Shown piece after piece: positions 26,001-39,146 of a stretch of 64,000 nt of DNA (positions within the stretch are counted from its first letter, which is position 1; every line of letters begins with the position of its first letter). The position numbers and the translations under genes are program-made. Origin of the DNA: Botryllus schlosseri. Taxonomy: Eukaryota. The notes under the pieces are model-generated. The model did not search any database, was not told the origin of the DNA, and saw only the letters and a list, made by a program, of their open reading frames with translations. Location: assembly GCA_051294905.1 (NCBI GenBank), contig CM119371.1, positions 5,768,001 through 5,832,000 of the forward strand, given 5' to 3'.

Positions 26001-29000
26001 ATACACGCTTTCTCATTTGCAATCATCCATATTTCTTGTTATCTACTCGATATCTTCGTACCCGGTACTAAGAAATTGTCGTGCAAGGTCATTTTTCAGT
26101 GTTCCTTTCATTATTAACGTGCAGTAAGCCATGCCATTGTCAAATATTGATGCATCTGAAGATTCTGGGTGGCACAAATTCTGATTATATTCGATTCGTT
26201 TGAACAGGGAACCTTCTACATTCCGACAAACTTGATTGCTGGATGTGCTCTTATCGAGATCAACAATATCAAATATTAAACTATCAGGAATTTGATAGAT
26301 AGTCGATTTCTATTGATAAGATCGCGGCATGTGCCCGGTAGTGGAATTAATTCTAGCCCAGGGGTGGCCAACCTGCCGCCGTAGAAGGAAATTTGTGCGG
26401 TCGTCAACACGAAATTCAATTTGTATGTATTGGCGGCCGTCGACATGCAAATTGAATTTACGAATTGACCGATGTACTCCCGAAATGCTTCGCAAACGTA
26501 AATCGTGAAATGCACCAAATCGCTGATTTAGCGTAGTTACGCTTCCGAATGATCGTTCCGTACCGTCTTAAGATTCCATTTAATGACTTGACTGCATGGT
26601 TTGATATTCAATAGTGCAATATTCAATAGTGCCGATATTAAAACGTCACGCGAATGGTAGCGGCATGTAGTAAAGTACGTTTTAGTGCGACGATGACATC
26701 ATCAATACGGAACAATTATGACGTCACAAGACTCCGCCACCTCGCAAAAAAATAAAAGTCGGCGCATATGGTGAAGTGGACATATGAACTTCCATTTTCA
26801 AGGTAAATTGAAAACAAAACTGGTTTAGGTCCAAAATGTATGGTCAAAGCCAAAATTTCCAAAAATGGACATAAGATATAAGGACCATTGTTGCACAGCT
26901 AGAAAACTTTTTCCAATTTACATTACAATTGGAAAGACCTTCAAAGTTTCAGTTTTGTAAATTAAATTAGAATTAGTACTGCCGGCAGTGAATTTGCAAC
27001 AACTTGGCAATTGAATAAAATTTCGAGTTAGATTAAAATTGGATTAGAGCAGCGATTCTTAACCCTTTGCGACCGGCGGTCTAGTATACTAGACCGCGAC
27101 TGTTTAAGGCAGAGGAGTCGATATTTAATCCGAGATAGCTAAACCTGTGTTGGTCATAAACGATTGCAATCGGTTTGTATGTATAGCTCTTATAAATACG
27201 AATGCATCAGACCATGTATAACCTAATGTTGCAATGTATATCCTGCTTTAAATGCAGATTGAACACGCAAAAATGTTTCCCGCAAAATCGAATTTGTAAT
27301 GATGTTCGCGTGAGTGACCGCCTGAAATATAAACCATTGTATCTTCCGTTCTAGACGCCATATAACCGATTACAGTTATCTTCTATGACTTGTTGTTGGT
27401 CATACTATTCTATGAAAGTCCTTATATCGAAGATTAGCACGTAGAAGATGTTTCAAATTGACGTGAAAGAAGCATACCTTATTACGTAAAAATCATGGCT
27501 GCGTAAGATGACCTGACTCGTTGCGGTTTCAAACAGATGTACAATTGCTTCAGGCAATAGCAAATTATACATATGATTAGAATTAAATAGTATATTCATA
27601 TTGAAATGAACCCGAATATTTTCGGCTGACACTCGTCAGGGGTAATCGTCAGCAACTAGTAGAGAATTGGAAAGAACATTGTATATCAACAATCGTATCA
27701 CAAAATATGACGTCACCAGCATGAAATTTCGAATGAGAGAGCGTTCAATGTACTATTTTTAGGTGATACGATTGACGTCATATTTTGTGATACGATTGTT
27801 GATATACAATGTTCTTTCCAATTCTCTACTAGTTGCTGACGATTACCCCTGACGAGTGTCAGCCGAAAATATTCGGGTTCATTTCAATATGAATATACTA
27901 TTTAATTGTATATTGAAGTTCTGTACCTCCAAGAAGCTCTTCACATATGATTAGCCATTATCCTGGCATATCCATCAATATCCCTATCATGGAGCTTAGT
28001 ATTGTATATGAAAGCCGACACCAGCCCTAACAACGCACAAATAAGCGTGCAAGTTACGCTATTGTGGTACCCGAGCCTGTGATAACAACATCATATAGAG
28101 GCAGTTATATATCTGTTTTAGATGGCACACGAAGTTACTGTTGGCTTCTATGACTACTGTTGATCATACATAGAACATTAGCCGTGTAGAATACAGTTCA
28201 AATTGATGTGAAATGAAACAATGTATCACGTGAAATGACTTCCCGAGCGTCACATATGGGCACTGGGCAGTTTCGAATAAGGCAATATGTGTATACTTAC
28301 GGATCCCTTGCAGTTGCAAGTTACATATAACAAGCAATTGGGGTTGATAACACTTCAATAGTATGGAGATGTATACTAACGGCAAAATTGCCAAGGCAGT
28401 TACTATGTTATGTAGAACTGGACGCGCGTTGCCTTCAGCGAGAATACGAGATTACGTAATCGATCACTCATCGGCGGCGGCCGCGTGATTGTGCTTATCA
28501 TCTCTACCTTTCTAAGATCGTAGCGCTGGGCTATGAAGCGCTATAGTAGCATGTAATGTCTCGTTGAAACGTGGAGATTCATGCGGAATGCAATCAGGTG
28601 GTCATATACTAAGAGAGGGCCTAGGTATGACGTCAGGAGAAATAGAAGAACAAAATTGTATTTTATTTTCAAGAAATCGAGAACATTTTCTCGCATAACA
28701 CTATTCCCTCTGGCGTCTGAGCCGTAAGAGTATCTCAGACCGCTAGGCGGCTACTTCAGGTTTACGGCAATATATTGGGCGTCGATTTAAGCCATATGGA
28801 TGACATTTTATCGTTTTCTATGTGGATGCAGTACAATTTTGGTCAGTAGGCCGGCCGGTTACAAAGGGTTAACCTTGTAGCCAAAACTCACTTCGTACCA
28901 CAAGTCATCAATATATGACAAAAATTCAAACTCATTTTCTGAAATTGGGTGTAAGAACCCAAAATCATGATAGAAATATTAGAGTTGCCACTTCAGGCCA

Positions 29001-32000
29001 TATTTTAGAGACCAATTATTTTCATTTTTCAGCCATTTTATTATATACAGAAAAGACGCATCCGGCATCGCTACTGTGCATACAAGCAGGGATATTTAGG
29101 ATTCCAAGATTTCCATACCTAGGCCGTACTTATCCGTATAATCCACCCATTTGCTAATCCAGAGCACCGGGACAGCTGCTGGGTCTTCCGCCTCATCTGT
29201 AAAACAAAAATATTTGTAAGAAATTTCACATGTAAGCAGATTATCTGAATGCTATAGTTTCCTATTCAATTTTTCAAATATGCCAAAACCTTGTCTTCTC
29301 ACGTTAGATCAGCAAACACCGTCAAATCTTAATTACATTATTTCATACCCATAAGTAAGTGCCATAAAGTACAATCCCGTGCTCACAATAAATCGTCATT
29401 TTGATTGGAGCAAACATTGGACTGTATTTTTTACATGCCTTAAAATTGGAATTTATTCCGATCGTAATGACTCGAGTCGCGATTTTTTGGTGACTCGACT
29501 TATTCGAGTCACTTTTGGTATTGACTCGGCTTGTACTGAAGTCAGGCGCGTAGCCAGAGGGGGGGTTTTGGGGGTCGAGACCCACTCCTTTAGAAACGCG
29601 AAACCCCCTCCTTTAACGCGAAACCTCGCCCTATTGAAATGACCGCTCTGACGCTAATACTCGGTTGCAATTCAATAAGTCGTATTATCAGTATTGCGCG
29701 CGGCCAATTAACGAAAGGCGTGTTGCTAATTAGCACTGCACAATGTAAGGCGACACGATCTCCCGCTGAGATGATTGCGAAATCAGGTAATTCATTGTCG
29801 CGCATTGGGCAATCATTACTAGAGTGATTTACCGCGTCTCCAACAAGCCTAATTCCGCTGGCTTGAATAATCACATCTGCAATAGGCGCTGTGCGCACGA
29901 TATCGTCACTGGCCTTCACAATCACATCTGCATTGGCTCGGAGTGCACGATATCTTCGCTGGCCTACACAATCGCATCTGCAATAGACCTAGTACTAAAG
30001 ATATCGCTACCGCTTCTTGGGCATACCATGCTTTGGCTCCTATTTCTCGATGGCTTGGATAAAATGCTATTAAGTATATGCTGATTAGCGATTGTGATTA
30101 AAGAGTGACATCTCGTAACCGAATGACATCGAATGTCCGCAATCATGTTCGACGCGTGCGCACATGCGTAATTGATTTCCACTAGTCTTCAGTTATAGTC
30201 CTGTAGGCTTGAGTTATAACAGAGGTAAGGTTTGAACCACCTGAAATCGGCGTCATTATAGCACGGATAAAGACTCGAACAATTTTACTTGCGCGAATCT
30301 CGATGCTACGTAAGACGCATTGATGAGCGGGCGTATTTAATTGTTGGACGAGCACGAATTTAATTGTTCCACGCGTTGATAAGCGCACGCGTATTCAAAT
30401 GTTCGACGCGTGCGTATTTCATTGTTCACGACAGATCAGGGAGTCGCTAATTAACGGCACTTCCGGACTCGTCGACAAGCTTATCATACGCCTATAATCG
30501 CCAACACGGGGATGTTGTATAATCGTTATTTAAGCATCGCATGTACTTGACCCTAATGAATCGATGCTACGTTACTAAATTCGAAAAAAATCGAGCCCCC
30601 CTCTATTATTTAAAACCCCTCCCTTATTTTTTGGCTGGCTTCGTGCCTGACTGAAGTCAATACCAAAATAGGGCCAGAAACTGTCAGGACTGAGGAACAC
30701 TACGATATTATGAATGCGAGCCATTTCATATCACTCGAGCAGAATTGAAAAAGTGGGTTGGAACGGATTCAACTCAAAACAATCAGCGGTAAAACTATGA
30801 AAACCAACCCATATTTATAGCCGACTTCAAAGTTGGATTGGTATCGATCAATTTCTTGAGTTGTGCTTCCAATTCTGCCATGTGGAAGTCTGGCGATTCG
30901 TTACTGCATATGCCGGTAGCCTGTGGTTTGTCACCCACTGTTTTCTGTGACTCCGTATTAGCGCCACCTGGAAAATGAATAAAGAATAACAAGGTTTAAC
31001 AGCTCGACAATATTGCGGTGTTTGTATTGAAAGGTTGAACAAATACATTTTATTCGCAGCGTAGGCCTATAATAGATTGAAGTTTGAAATATTGGGTTCC
31101 CTTTTACTTTATAACATTACAAAAAATTGTACACTATACTCGGAATGAAACAAATTAAGCATTCGAACCGGCTACTCAGAGATGTGGTGCAAAATATTGC
31201 TGATATAAGATCATCGATAGTGCTGGACAAAATGGAGTACCTGGGTCGTGCTAAAAAGGCATTACTACAACGGAGATTCTCAGTTACCGGGGACATGAAG
31301 CTACACTGCATCACTGGTACTATCTAGTTTGGCAAGGCCCAACGTCACTTGAATACAAAAAAAATTAAAAATCTTGATCAAAACATTTATTTAAAATTCA
31401 GACTCTCCTATCAATTGAGATGTTCCTACTGTAGATTACTAACCTACGTAGAGATACGCAACTCGCGATGGTCACGCTTGGGCAAGCAGTGTCTCTTATT
31501 GCTGATTAATCTATGAAGTAGCATAATTGGTGGTGCTATAGTTGGCGATATGAGCGCTGAAATTTAATATAATTGGTCTTAATCGAAAGCTTGTGGCAAA
31601 CTGACTAACTGATTTCGCAAATACAAACAAAATCTTTTCAGGGCAATGAAATCAACCCGAAATAACCCTCAAATTCTGAAAAATGCCATTGTTCCAACAG
31701 TGGCACCGTCACAACACAACGAACATAACAATGGCCAATTTCGTCAAGCGATCGTGTAGAACAATGTCGATTTTCATACTTTGAGGGCTGTTTTAAGGTG
31801 GTTCCATCTTCTTGACAAGATTTAATTGGTATTGTCGGAATCAGTGTGACGCTAGCTTTCTATCAAGACCAGTTTTATTAAATTGCAGCCCTCGGTTTGC
31901 CAGCGATAGCACTAGCAATTATGATGCTTTTAGATTGCTCAGCAATATGAGACTGCGTGCTCGAGCGTAACAATGGGTTTTGCGAGAGTTGCGTATCTAT

Positions 32001-35000
32001 CTCGGTAGGTTAGTAATCCATACTACCACATACTAGTGGTAAACTTACCACAGTTTGGAAACCACTGATTTATACCGTCATGATGAGTGGTAATCGAATA
32101 CTCAAAGTCTACATGATCTAGAATACAATCACGCAGGCACTGGATTTTGCCCGGGCAGACCCTGTGACGCAACGTTTGCGTCAAGTACAAATATCTCACT
32201 GTTCAGACTCTGCAGCGGACGTCTCTGTTGTAGTTGGCTTTCCGAGAACCTGGGCGCCATGGTCAAGCAGGTTGTGGGCAGTTTCTGTGGGATGTAGCCG
32301 TTGAAGAACTCGCTGGCCAGCACTTCCTTTACAGAGGGTCGTTGGGACGGGTCGCTCGCCAACATTCTGGTGATAAAACCACAGATATTAACTCACATTT
32401 TAAAAAGATTGTTTGGGAATCAGGATTTTTGGATAAAAAACTATATTACAAATTAAGATTTGAATTAAATATATCAAAATATTACCGGGCGTGGATGAGA
32501 AGAGGTTCATGTATCAGGATAAGCCTATTTTCACACTTGCAAAACTAGAAATTGTCAACTATTCCAAATTACATTAGAATCATAGATAAACAATATTTCA
32601 GATTAGATTAGAATTATATTACTGTCATCTTGTTCTGATTAACAACTAGAATTATTTAGGTTTCCAAGTCAGCCTATTTCGATTTGAAATTATTATACAA
32701 ATGAAGATAATGATTTGAAAAATCAAACCACTCAGCAGGGTTGTAATGACTCGAGTCATGACTCTACTCGAGTCACGATTTTATCGTGACTAGAACCAAA
32801 TCATATGACTCAGGACTCAAAACGGCCAAGTCTATTGGTACTGGTACTTGAAAAACTGCTAAAAGTTAGGAAAATTAGTATATTATAAATGCGAACCATT
32901 CAATATCGCCAAACAGAGTTAGAAAAAGTGAATTTAACAAGACTTTAACTGGAAACTTGGAAGTCAACACAATGACTCGGACTCGAGTCATAATACCATG
33001 ACTTGAACTCGACCCGCTGCTCGCTGACTTGGACTTGACTCAGTGGTGAATTGAAAATGACTCGACTTGACTCGAGTCAAAACTAGAAAAGTCAGATTGA
33101 CTTGCGACTCCGAGCCTTGTGACTTGGTTACAGCCTATGGATTTTGGGGTCCTCATTTTTTGGATTTTCAAATCTAATATGAATCAATATTGTGATTTGA
33201 AATAATTGAATCGATACCGAATATGTGTTTTACACTAGATTTGGACTATATAATTCTAGTTGCTGAAGTGGACTAATTGGAGCGAATTGCCGGCAATCTT
33301 TTCAATTCTAATCTAATTGCTGCTTGTCCTGAATATGATACAGGTGAATTGTATCGTGTGTCAAGCCAAGCTTGCTGTGCAGATATTTGCTATCCTCGCT
33401 TATGGCGATCAAACTCTGGTTTGATATTAACTGAAACTCATTCAATTTCCAAGTTTTTCGCAAATTCAGTAATTCTTATTCAAATCTAGTTGAGAAAAAC
33501 CTATGTAGTTATAATTCAATTTTAATTTTGAAACACTGAAAGTTGTCTCGTTGACGATGTCTGTCTGATGTGACCAGAATCACCTCACTTTTTGATAAGC
33601 ACACACGCAGCAGGCGACACATAAGCCGGGACTCTGTAGTCGTTCTTCTTGATTCTCGAGTAGGTTTCCTTCAACGTCTGAGTCTCAAACGGAGGCTTGC
33701 CCACTAACAAAGTATACCTGAAATATGAAATAACATGCACGTTCAACTTGACATGCAAAAGTCTCACTGGTCAGCAAACGTTAACTTTGAACTATTTACA
33801 CTTGTACGAATCACCTGTCTGATTGGTTGATGTTTACCTTAAGGGGGGAGACTACCCCTCGAATTGAAAAATTAGTAAAATGGTTCTTACTTGAAAACTA
33901 ATAGAGCTATCTATCTGAAAATTGGGCACAACGTGTTTTAGTTGACATCCTAAATTTGACAAAAATTTCGCGTTATATGGTAAACGATTTTTTGATTTTC
34001 ATCGAATTTTGTGATTTTTCGGGCTAATTTCTAGGAAAAATTTTCACATCAACATTTTTCAATAAATTCGTTCCTTAATGCTCTTTAGGGATTAAAATAG
34101 ATCTAATGCACCAGACAGGACTTTTTTTCTAGCCCTACAAGGAGTAACATATGACAAAACAATCATTTTTTTGAAAAAAATTGAAAAAATAGCATTTTTC
34201 GACTTTTACAGACAATCGGGGATAGACCCCTTATCAATACCACGAAAAAAAAAGTCCTGTCTGGTTCAGCATCCCAAGATATGTCTATCTTTTTTCTGCC
34301 TCAAAAATGATCACCAGTACTCATAGTTACGCAAAATCAAAATTTCGAGAAAAAGCCATTTTAATTTCGCAACACATAAACGTAACAGTTATACTTTGAA
34401 AACTTCATTTTAGCATAGTTTATATTCTCAAACACTCCCAGGAGCATATGTTTTATTTCAGCATTTTCAAGTTTTATGGTTTTGATATCGTTATTCATTG
34501 TTGCACTGATCTGAGCTAGTTGATTTCCATTCTTTGAAATCCATTTTCCCTCATGATTTCACACGATTTGCAGTAGTTGCTCCGGTAGTCGACAATAAAA
34601 CGTGAGTGGCTAGTTTCAAAATCCAATGTTTCTTGCTTGTATATGTTCTTTCATGCCATGCAGCATGGCATGGATTGAGATTGTGATATCTGTAAAGCAC
34701 TAATCCGGAATCTAACAGTCTTCAAACCTATCATTTCATCGCCAAAATACAGTAACCAAACCCTGTCTCTAAGCACACAGGAACCACAAGCTACGAAGTG
34801 CCAAGCTCTGAATATGGTTTGTTTACATGTGTTGTAACGCATCATTGATCAAACCATAGATCTCGCAAATAACACTAGATCTTCACGATCAAGCCTTGGG
34901 ACCAGACACTCGGGTTATTGATTGTTGTTGCGCCGTGAGTTGATAATTAGGGGGGGGGGTGACTGGATAGGGTCATAAAATGTTAAATTTTACATACTTA

Positions 35001-38000
35001 GGCTTATCCAATCCTTACAAAACTTGGGTAGATGAAAGATAACATCTAATGGTACAAATATCAACAAAAATATAAATTTTGAATTTTTTTCATTTCCAGG
35101 GGTAGTCTCCCCCCTTAACCAGTTTTTTTCGGTAGTGTTAGTTGTAGATTTTCAAGTGTGGAGAGAGTTCGGAAAAGCGAGTAGTTCTAGTTCCGCCTAT
35201 TTAAAAGTCAGTAGTTCTATTTCTAGTTATGGCTCTTGAAAAGTGACTAGATGTAGCTGCTAGTATAGAAAAGTGAGTAGTTCTAGTCATGGCTATTGAA
35301 AATTAAATAGTTCTAGATGTGGCTTCTAAAATGCGAGTAATTCTAGTTAAAAAAAGTGACTAGTTCTAGTTCTCGTTGCTATTTTAGAAAAGTGAGTACC
35401 GGTGGTTGTAGTAGATATTTCACAATGCAGTAAGCGCAGATTATAGTTTTCTGCCCTTCTACTACCACGCTGGGACGTCACGAAAATGCCCCAGCAGATA
35501 TACTCAGGTATGACTCTGCTTTATATGTCTGGCGGGTGTTCACCTGTGTATGTGGTTCTGGCACCCCCATATCAAGTCTGCGGTGTGTTTGATTGCCGCA
35601 TGGCAGCAAATGCAGGATTTCAGGCAATTCGATAGCTGGCGTCACGGAGCGTAGAATTTAAGAAACCGAATTGATTGAGAGATATCACCGCATTAATTCG
35701 AGAAATACAATTTAAAATAGAATCAGGGCACTAGAACCACCCCAGCGTCTGACATATAGGCATTGTCCAAACAATCGGAGTGCCGCAACAGGTCATTGTG
35801 TCACGACAATCTGATAGTTCTGAAATATGCAGGTTTTTGATGTCAAGGATAAACTTGAACACGCCCCGGAAACGCTCCAGAGATGATACACGAGTTCTAG
35901 AACAACGTGAACACACCCCAGACACCCTCCAGATATGATGCAGAGTGATGTCCGGTGATATCCGCAGGGCCCAAGAAAATACACGATGTTTTCTTTACCC
36001 GTACTGGTCGATAGCATTTCTTACAAAATGTCATGGCTTGATTTGATATTACTGGCGATTACGATCTAGCTACAACTCCGCCTCATACTTACAAAACGCA
36101 ACCCAGCGACCAGGTGTCCACTTCGAAACTGTGGCCCTTCTTTCCGAGAACTTCCGGGGCGATATAGTTGGGTGTGCCGCACAGAGTGTTCTTTCTTTCC
36201 CCGTCAAAATCGACTTTGGTGGCCAGGCCGAAATCTCCAATCTTCACCTCCATGTCGTTGTTAAGGAATAGATTACCAAGCTGTCAATACAAAAAATTCA
36301 TATTCAGGCTCAAACAAACACAAGCATCTACAAACCACCAATCTAATTGCTCGACGTAACTAACTACTGCTATTTTGAGTACTTCTAGTACCGGGGTCAC
36401 CATCACGGGTCATATTTTGCGGCTTTGAAACGATGAAATTAATTTCAGTTTCAAAATATTCTGGTATTTGTTCGAAACTCAGCTATTCTCTTGTGCCCAA
36501 CATCACTACTAGCTGAATATTGTATTATTGCGGCTCAAAAGTGTCCCGATACTCATTTTGAGTTGGCAACTTCTGTTCTAGGATCATTTCTAGTTGCACA
36601 TTTTGAAAGGTAAGCAGTCCTAGTTCCAGCAGTCAGTATTGGAAAGTGAGTGATTGCGAGTCTTGAAAATGAGTAGTTCTGGTTGTAGTTGCGAATTATA
36701 GAAAATTAAGTAGGCTGCCGATAGTTCCAGTTGCGAGTTTAAAAATTAATCAGTGACATTCACATGAAGCCAATCGGTTTAACCACTACTTGCTATTAAA
36801 AACAGGCCCACTCTTTGCATCATGTAAACTTGGATTATAATACATCTAGGCCAATCATCTGCGCACACCCATAAATTCACGGCGCAGGCCCTCGGAAAAC
36901 AGTGCGTAACGGTTAAAAAAACGTAATCACTCCAGATTTTATTTGCGCAACTTGGATTTTCTGTGCGCAGAGACCGTTTCAGCTCTGCGCATTTGCGCAC
37001 ATTCGCAGCTTAGAGTGAACATTGCTCGCAGGCAAGTTCTAATCTAAATCCTAATGTTACCTTGATATCCCTGTGAATGATCTTACAATCGTGAAGATAA
37101 ACGACTCCAAGCAGAATCTGCTGCATGTAGTAACGAGTCTCCGGCTCTGTGATGGCGCGCCGTCTTTTGTAAAGTTCCATCAGCGACTGGCAACAAAAAC
37201 CAAAGCTAATTGGATTGATAAAATAGGAAAAACAACAATATAGGCTAATATTTGTTGGGCACATTTAAATCAGTCATATATATTATAACCAAACTTCGAA
37301 TATGCCAAGGTAACAAGCTCGATAACTACATGGAAAATACTTCAACGCATGGCCTCTTAAAACAGGATATATTTATGATGTCTTGCTACTCAAAAGGTCT
37401 AAGCTGTGCGCAATAAGACTGTTAAAAAATGATTTTTGGCGACTATTACTGGCTCGATGATAAAATTGCCAGGTTGGCTAAAATAATGATAAACATCAAA
37501 TTTGGCGCAATTCCAACTCATAGAAGCAAGGATTATGAAGTGAAAATTCTGAATTAAAAAATGGTATATATATGATTAGGGTAGAAAATGCAATCTTATC
37601 AATTAGCCTATAGAATCAACCACCCTTAATTCACGATACTATGCTAGCAGATTCATAATCGGTTCAAGAATCAGATCAAAGGTAATTAGGAACAAAGACT
37701 TGGTACTTGAAATAGGCTTTCAAGTAGGCTGCCTGGAACAGTGTCCTGTGACCAAGTATGCTATTATAATTCTATGTTTATGCAAGGATATAAGGGTCGT
37801 GGTTGTGGTTGAAAGCTTAGACAGGATATCTCTGGCGCAATATAACTGTCTAACATGGTGTAGCCTAAATTTCAACACTCGGATTTAAATTTCAATGTAA
37901 GAAGTGTTCAATTTACAATTCTCATTCATAAATCTATTCTTAGTACTTAGTAGCAAGGGAATATAATTTCAGTAGGCCTTCTCCAAAATTACCTCGATTC

Positions 38001-39146
38001 AGATACACAAGCTCAAACCATTTTGCTAAGACCTTACCAGCACCGAAACAGTCAAGAGATGCAGTACTGTTTTTACCCTTCTTTTGCACAACTCGAGAAC
38101 GATGTAGACAAAATCCTTGTCTTCGAAGAAACCGTGAAATCCAACGACGTGTTTGTGATTCAAACTGCGATGGAGACTGATCTCTTGAGCCATTTTGTCT
38201 TTCTGATGCTGTTTCACGAGCAGTGCCTGAAATTCAAAGAGAATTGACACTAGTGACACAAATTTTGCAATAGCTTAAACTACAATGTTGACGTATGCAA
38301 TTGTATTAGCCTAATACTTGGGCTATTGGGCTACAAACAACTAGGACCGTTAGGGTGCTATACTTTTTTTACATAATATGGCAGTAGGCCTATCATGGTT
38401 GTATTTTTATTGACATTTCATTTCTAAAACATATGGTCCACAGATTTGTATGATTTTGTTTAATAAATATATATGCTATTTTGTAGCACCTTGGAGGTAC
38501 AAAACTTCAATATACAATTGAATAGTATATTGATATTGAAATGAACCCGGATATTTTCGGCTGACACTCATCGGGGGTAACCGTCAGCAACTAGTAGAGA
38601 ATTGGAAAGAACATCGTATATCAACAATCGTATCATGCTGGCGACGTCATATTTTGTGATACGATTGTTGATATACGATATTCTTTCCAATTCTCTACTA
38701 TAGTTGCTGACGATTACCCCTGACGAGTGTCAGCCGAAAATATTCGGGTTCATTTCAATATCAATATACTATTCAATTGTATTTTGTAGCAATGTACGCA
38801 TAATTTGCGTTCACATCAATTTTTGTAGCCTGACTTGTTATAGCACATTTTTCTAGTTAAGTAATACTAACTAGGAACTAGAACTACTAAAAAACAGTGT
38901 AGTTAGTTGACCGTCAACCAACTATAGACCGGTAGCTAGTTCAAGTCTGATCTATCAACAAACGTAGCTTACCTTTGGTACAATTTTACCGGCTAAAACT
39001 TGCTTCGTTCCCACTTCGGTGATCTCAAAGCATTTTGCGAATCCGCCTTTGCCAAGGAATCGTCCTCTCGTGTATCGTTTCCCAGTCGAGTCATCGCACA
39101 GGACTTCAGGGATCTCTTTCGTAGCGACGTCAACTTTTTTAGACAT
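22866..39146 (-). CDS. PLK1: Polo-like kinase 1, spliced gene, 11 coding exons, 1704 nt / 567 aa
   Basis: Exons 38973-39146, 38077-38226, 37061-37186, 36093-36280, 33589-33717, 32200-32366, 30809-30967, 29119-29196, 25288-25493, 24394-24525 and 22866-23060 are all GT-AG with matching phases. Motifs: [29 protein letters not shown]-box-like RRPLQSLN, polo-box KWVDY, and DHTK (phosphopeptide pincer His/Lys). Confidence 0.96.
24394..24525 (-). CDS. PLK1: PLK1 coding exon 10 ([11 protein letters not shown]...[23 protein letters not shown])
   Basis: Polo box 2, 132 nt. Confidence 0.95.
25288..25493 (-). CDS. PLK1: PLK1 coding exon 9 ([14 protein letters not shown]...YMCEHLLK)
   Basis: Polo box 1, 206 nt. 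Confidence 0.95.
25715..26770. mobile_element. Inverted, deleted copy of the 12274-14752 hAT element in PLK1 intron 8
   Basis: Reverse-complement homology to about 12274-13700; TIR AGTCGGCGCATATG. Confidence 0.8.
27610..27643 (-). ncRNA. Minimal hammerhead ribozyme motif (inverted arm; PLK1 pre-mRNA sense)
   Basis: Exact reverse complement of 27845-27878. Confidence 0.72.
27845..27878 (+). ncRNA. Minimal type I hammerhead ribozyme motif
   Basis: ACCC-CTGACGA-G(TGTCAGC)C-GAAA-ATAT-TC-GGGT: full core, palindromic stem III loop, 4-bp stem I. Confidence 0.75.
29119..29196 (-). CDS. PLK1: PLK1 coding exon 8 ([26 protein letters not shown])
   Basis: Start of polo box 1, translated by hand; TTTTACAG acceptor, GTATGG donor. 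Confidence 0.95.
   Translation of the reverse strand: MRRKTQQLSRCSGLANGWIIRISTA
29543..30649. mobile_element. Non-autonomous hAT element (TIR CAGGCGCGTAGCCAG)
   Basis: 8-bp TSD ACTGAAGT; internal repeats of about 45-50 bp. Confidence 0.88.
30809..30967 (-). CDS. PLK1: PLK1 coding exon 7 (inter-domain linker, [16 protein letters not shown])
   Basis: TTTTCCAG acceptor, GTTGGT donor, phase 1/1. Confidence 0.88.
31434..32019. mobile_element. MITE with TIR GATTACTAACCTAC...GATACGCAACTC
   Basis: Inverted termini; partial copy at about 40955-41430. Confidence 0.65.
32200..32366 (-). CDS. PLK1: PLK1 coding exon 6 ([10 protein letters not shown]...RRPLQSLN)
   Basis: End of kinase domain plus D-box; GTGAGA donor gives phase 1, matching exon 7. 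Confidence 0.9.
33589..33717 (-). CDS. PLK1: PLK1 coding exon 5 ([12 protein letters not shown]...VLIK)
   Basis: 129 nt, phase 2/2. Confidence 0.94.
33843..35114. mobile_element. Kolobok-like non-autonomous DNA transposon
   Basis: TTAA TSD; TIR GGGGGGAGACTACCCCT (purine start, unlike piggyBac CCC). Confidence 0.75.
36093..36280 (-). CDS. PLK1: PLK1 coding exon 4 (LGNLFLN...DFG...[12 protein letters not shown]...WSLGCV)
   Basis: Translated by hand (not in the ORF track); 188 nt, GACAG acceptor, GTAAGT donor. Confidence 0.95.
37061..37186 (-). CDS. PLK1: PLK1 coding exon 3 (SLMELYKRR...IIHRDIK)
   Basis: 126 nt, catalytic-loop HRD. Confidence 0.95.
38077..38226 (-). CDS. PLK1: PLK1 coding exon 2 ([16 protein letters not shown]...LELCKRR)
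   Basis: 150 nt, TTTCAG acceptor, GTAAAA donor. Confidence 0.95.
38489..38779 (-). mobile_element. Second Penelope-like fold-back pLTR insertion (PLK1 intron between coding exons 1 and 2)
   Basis: Same arms and tail as the 27.6-kb copy; 12-bp TSD TATTTTGTAGCA. Confidence 0.8.
38716..38749 (+). ncRNA. Minimal hammerhead ribozyme motif
   Basis: Intact ACCC-CTGACGA...GAAA-ATAT-TC-GGGT; the opposite arm (38545-38578) has two core mutations. Confidence 0.72.
38973..39146 (-). CDS. PLK1: PLK1 coding exon 1 (MSKKVD...GKGGFAKC...GKIVPK)
   Basis: ATG at 39146, donor GTAAGC; acceptor TTTTCCCAG 26 nt upstream of the ATG (exon starts 39172). Confidence 0.93.

Larger units (their letters stand above)
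27581..27942 (+). mobile_element. Penelope-like fold-back pLTR insertion carrying minimal hammerhead ribozymes
   Basis: 135-bp inverted arms (27581-27715 / 27773-27907), 35-nt one-sided tail, 12-bp TSD ACATATGATTAG. Confidence 0.8.
27063..28868. mobile_element. Non-autonomous piggyBac element
   Basis: TTAA|CCCTTTG...CAAAGGG|TTAA; hosts the hammerhead fold-back. Confidence 0.85.
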
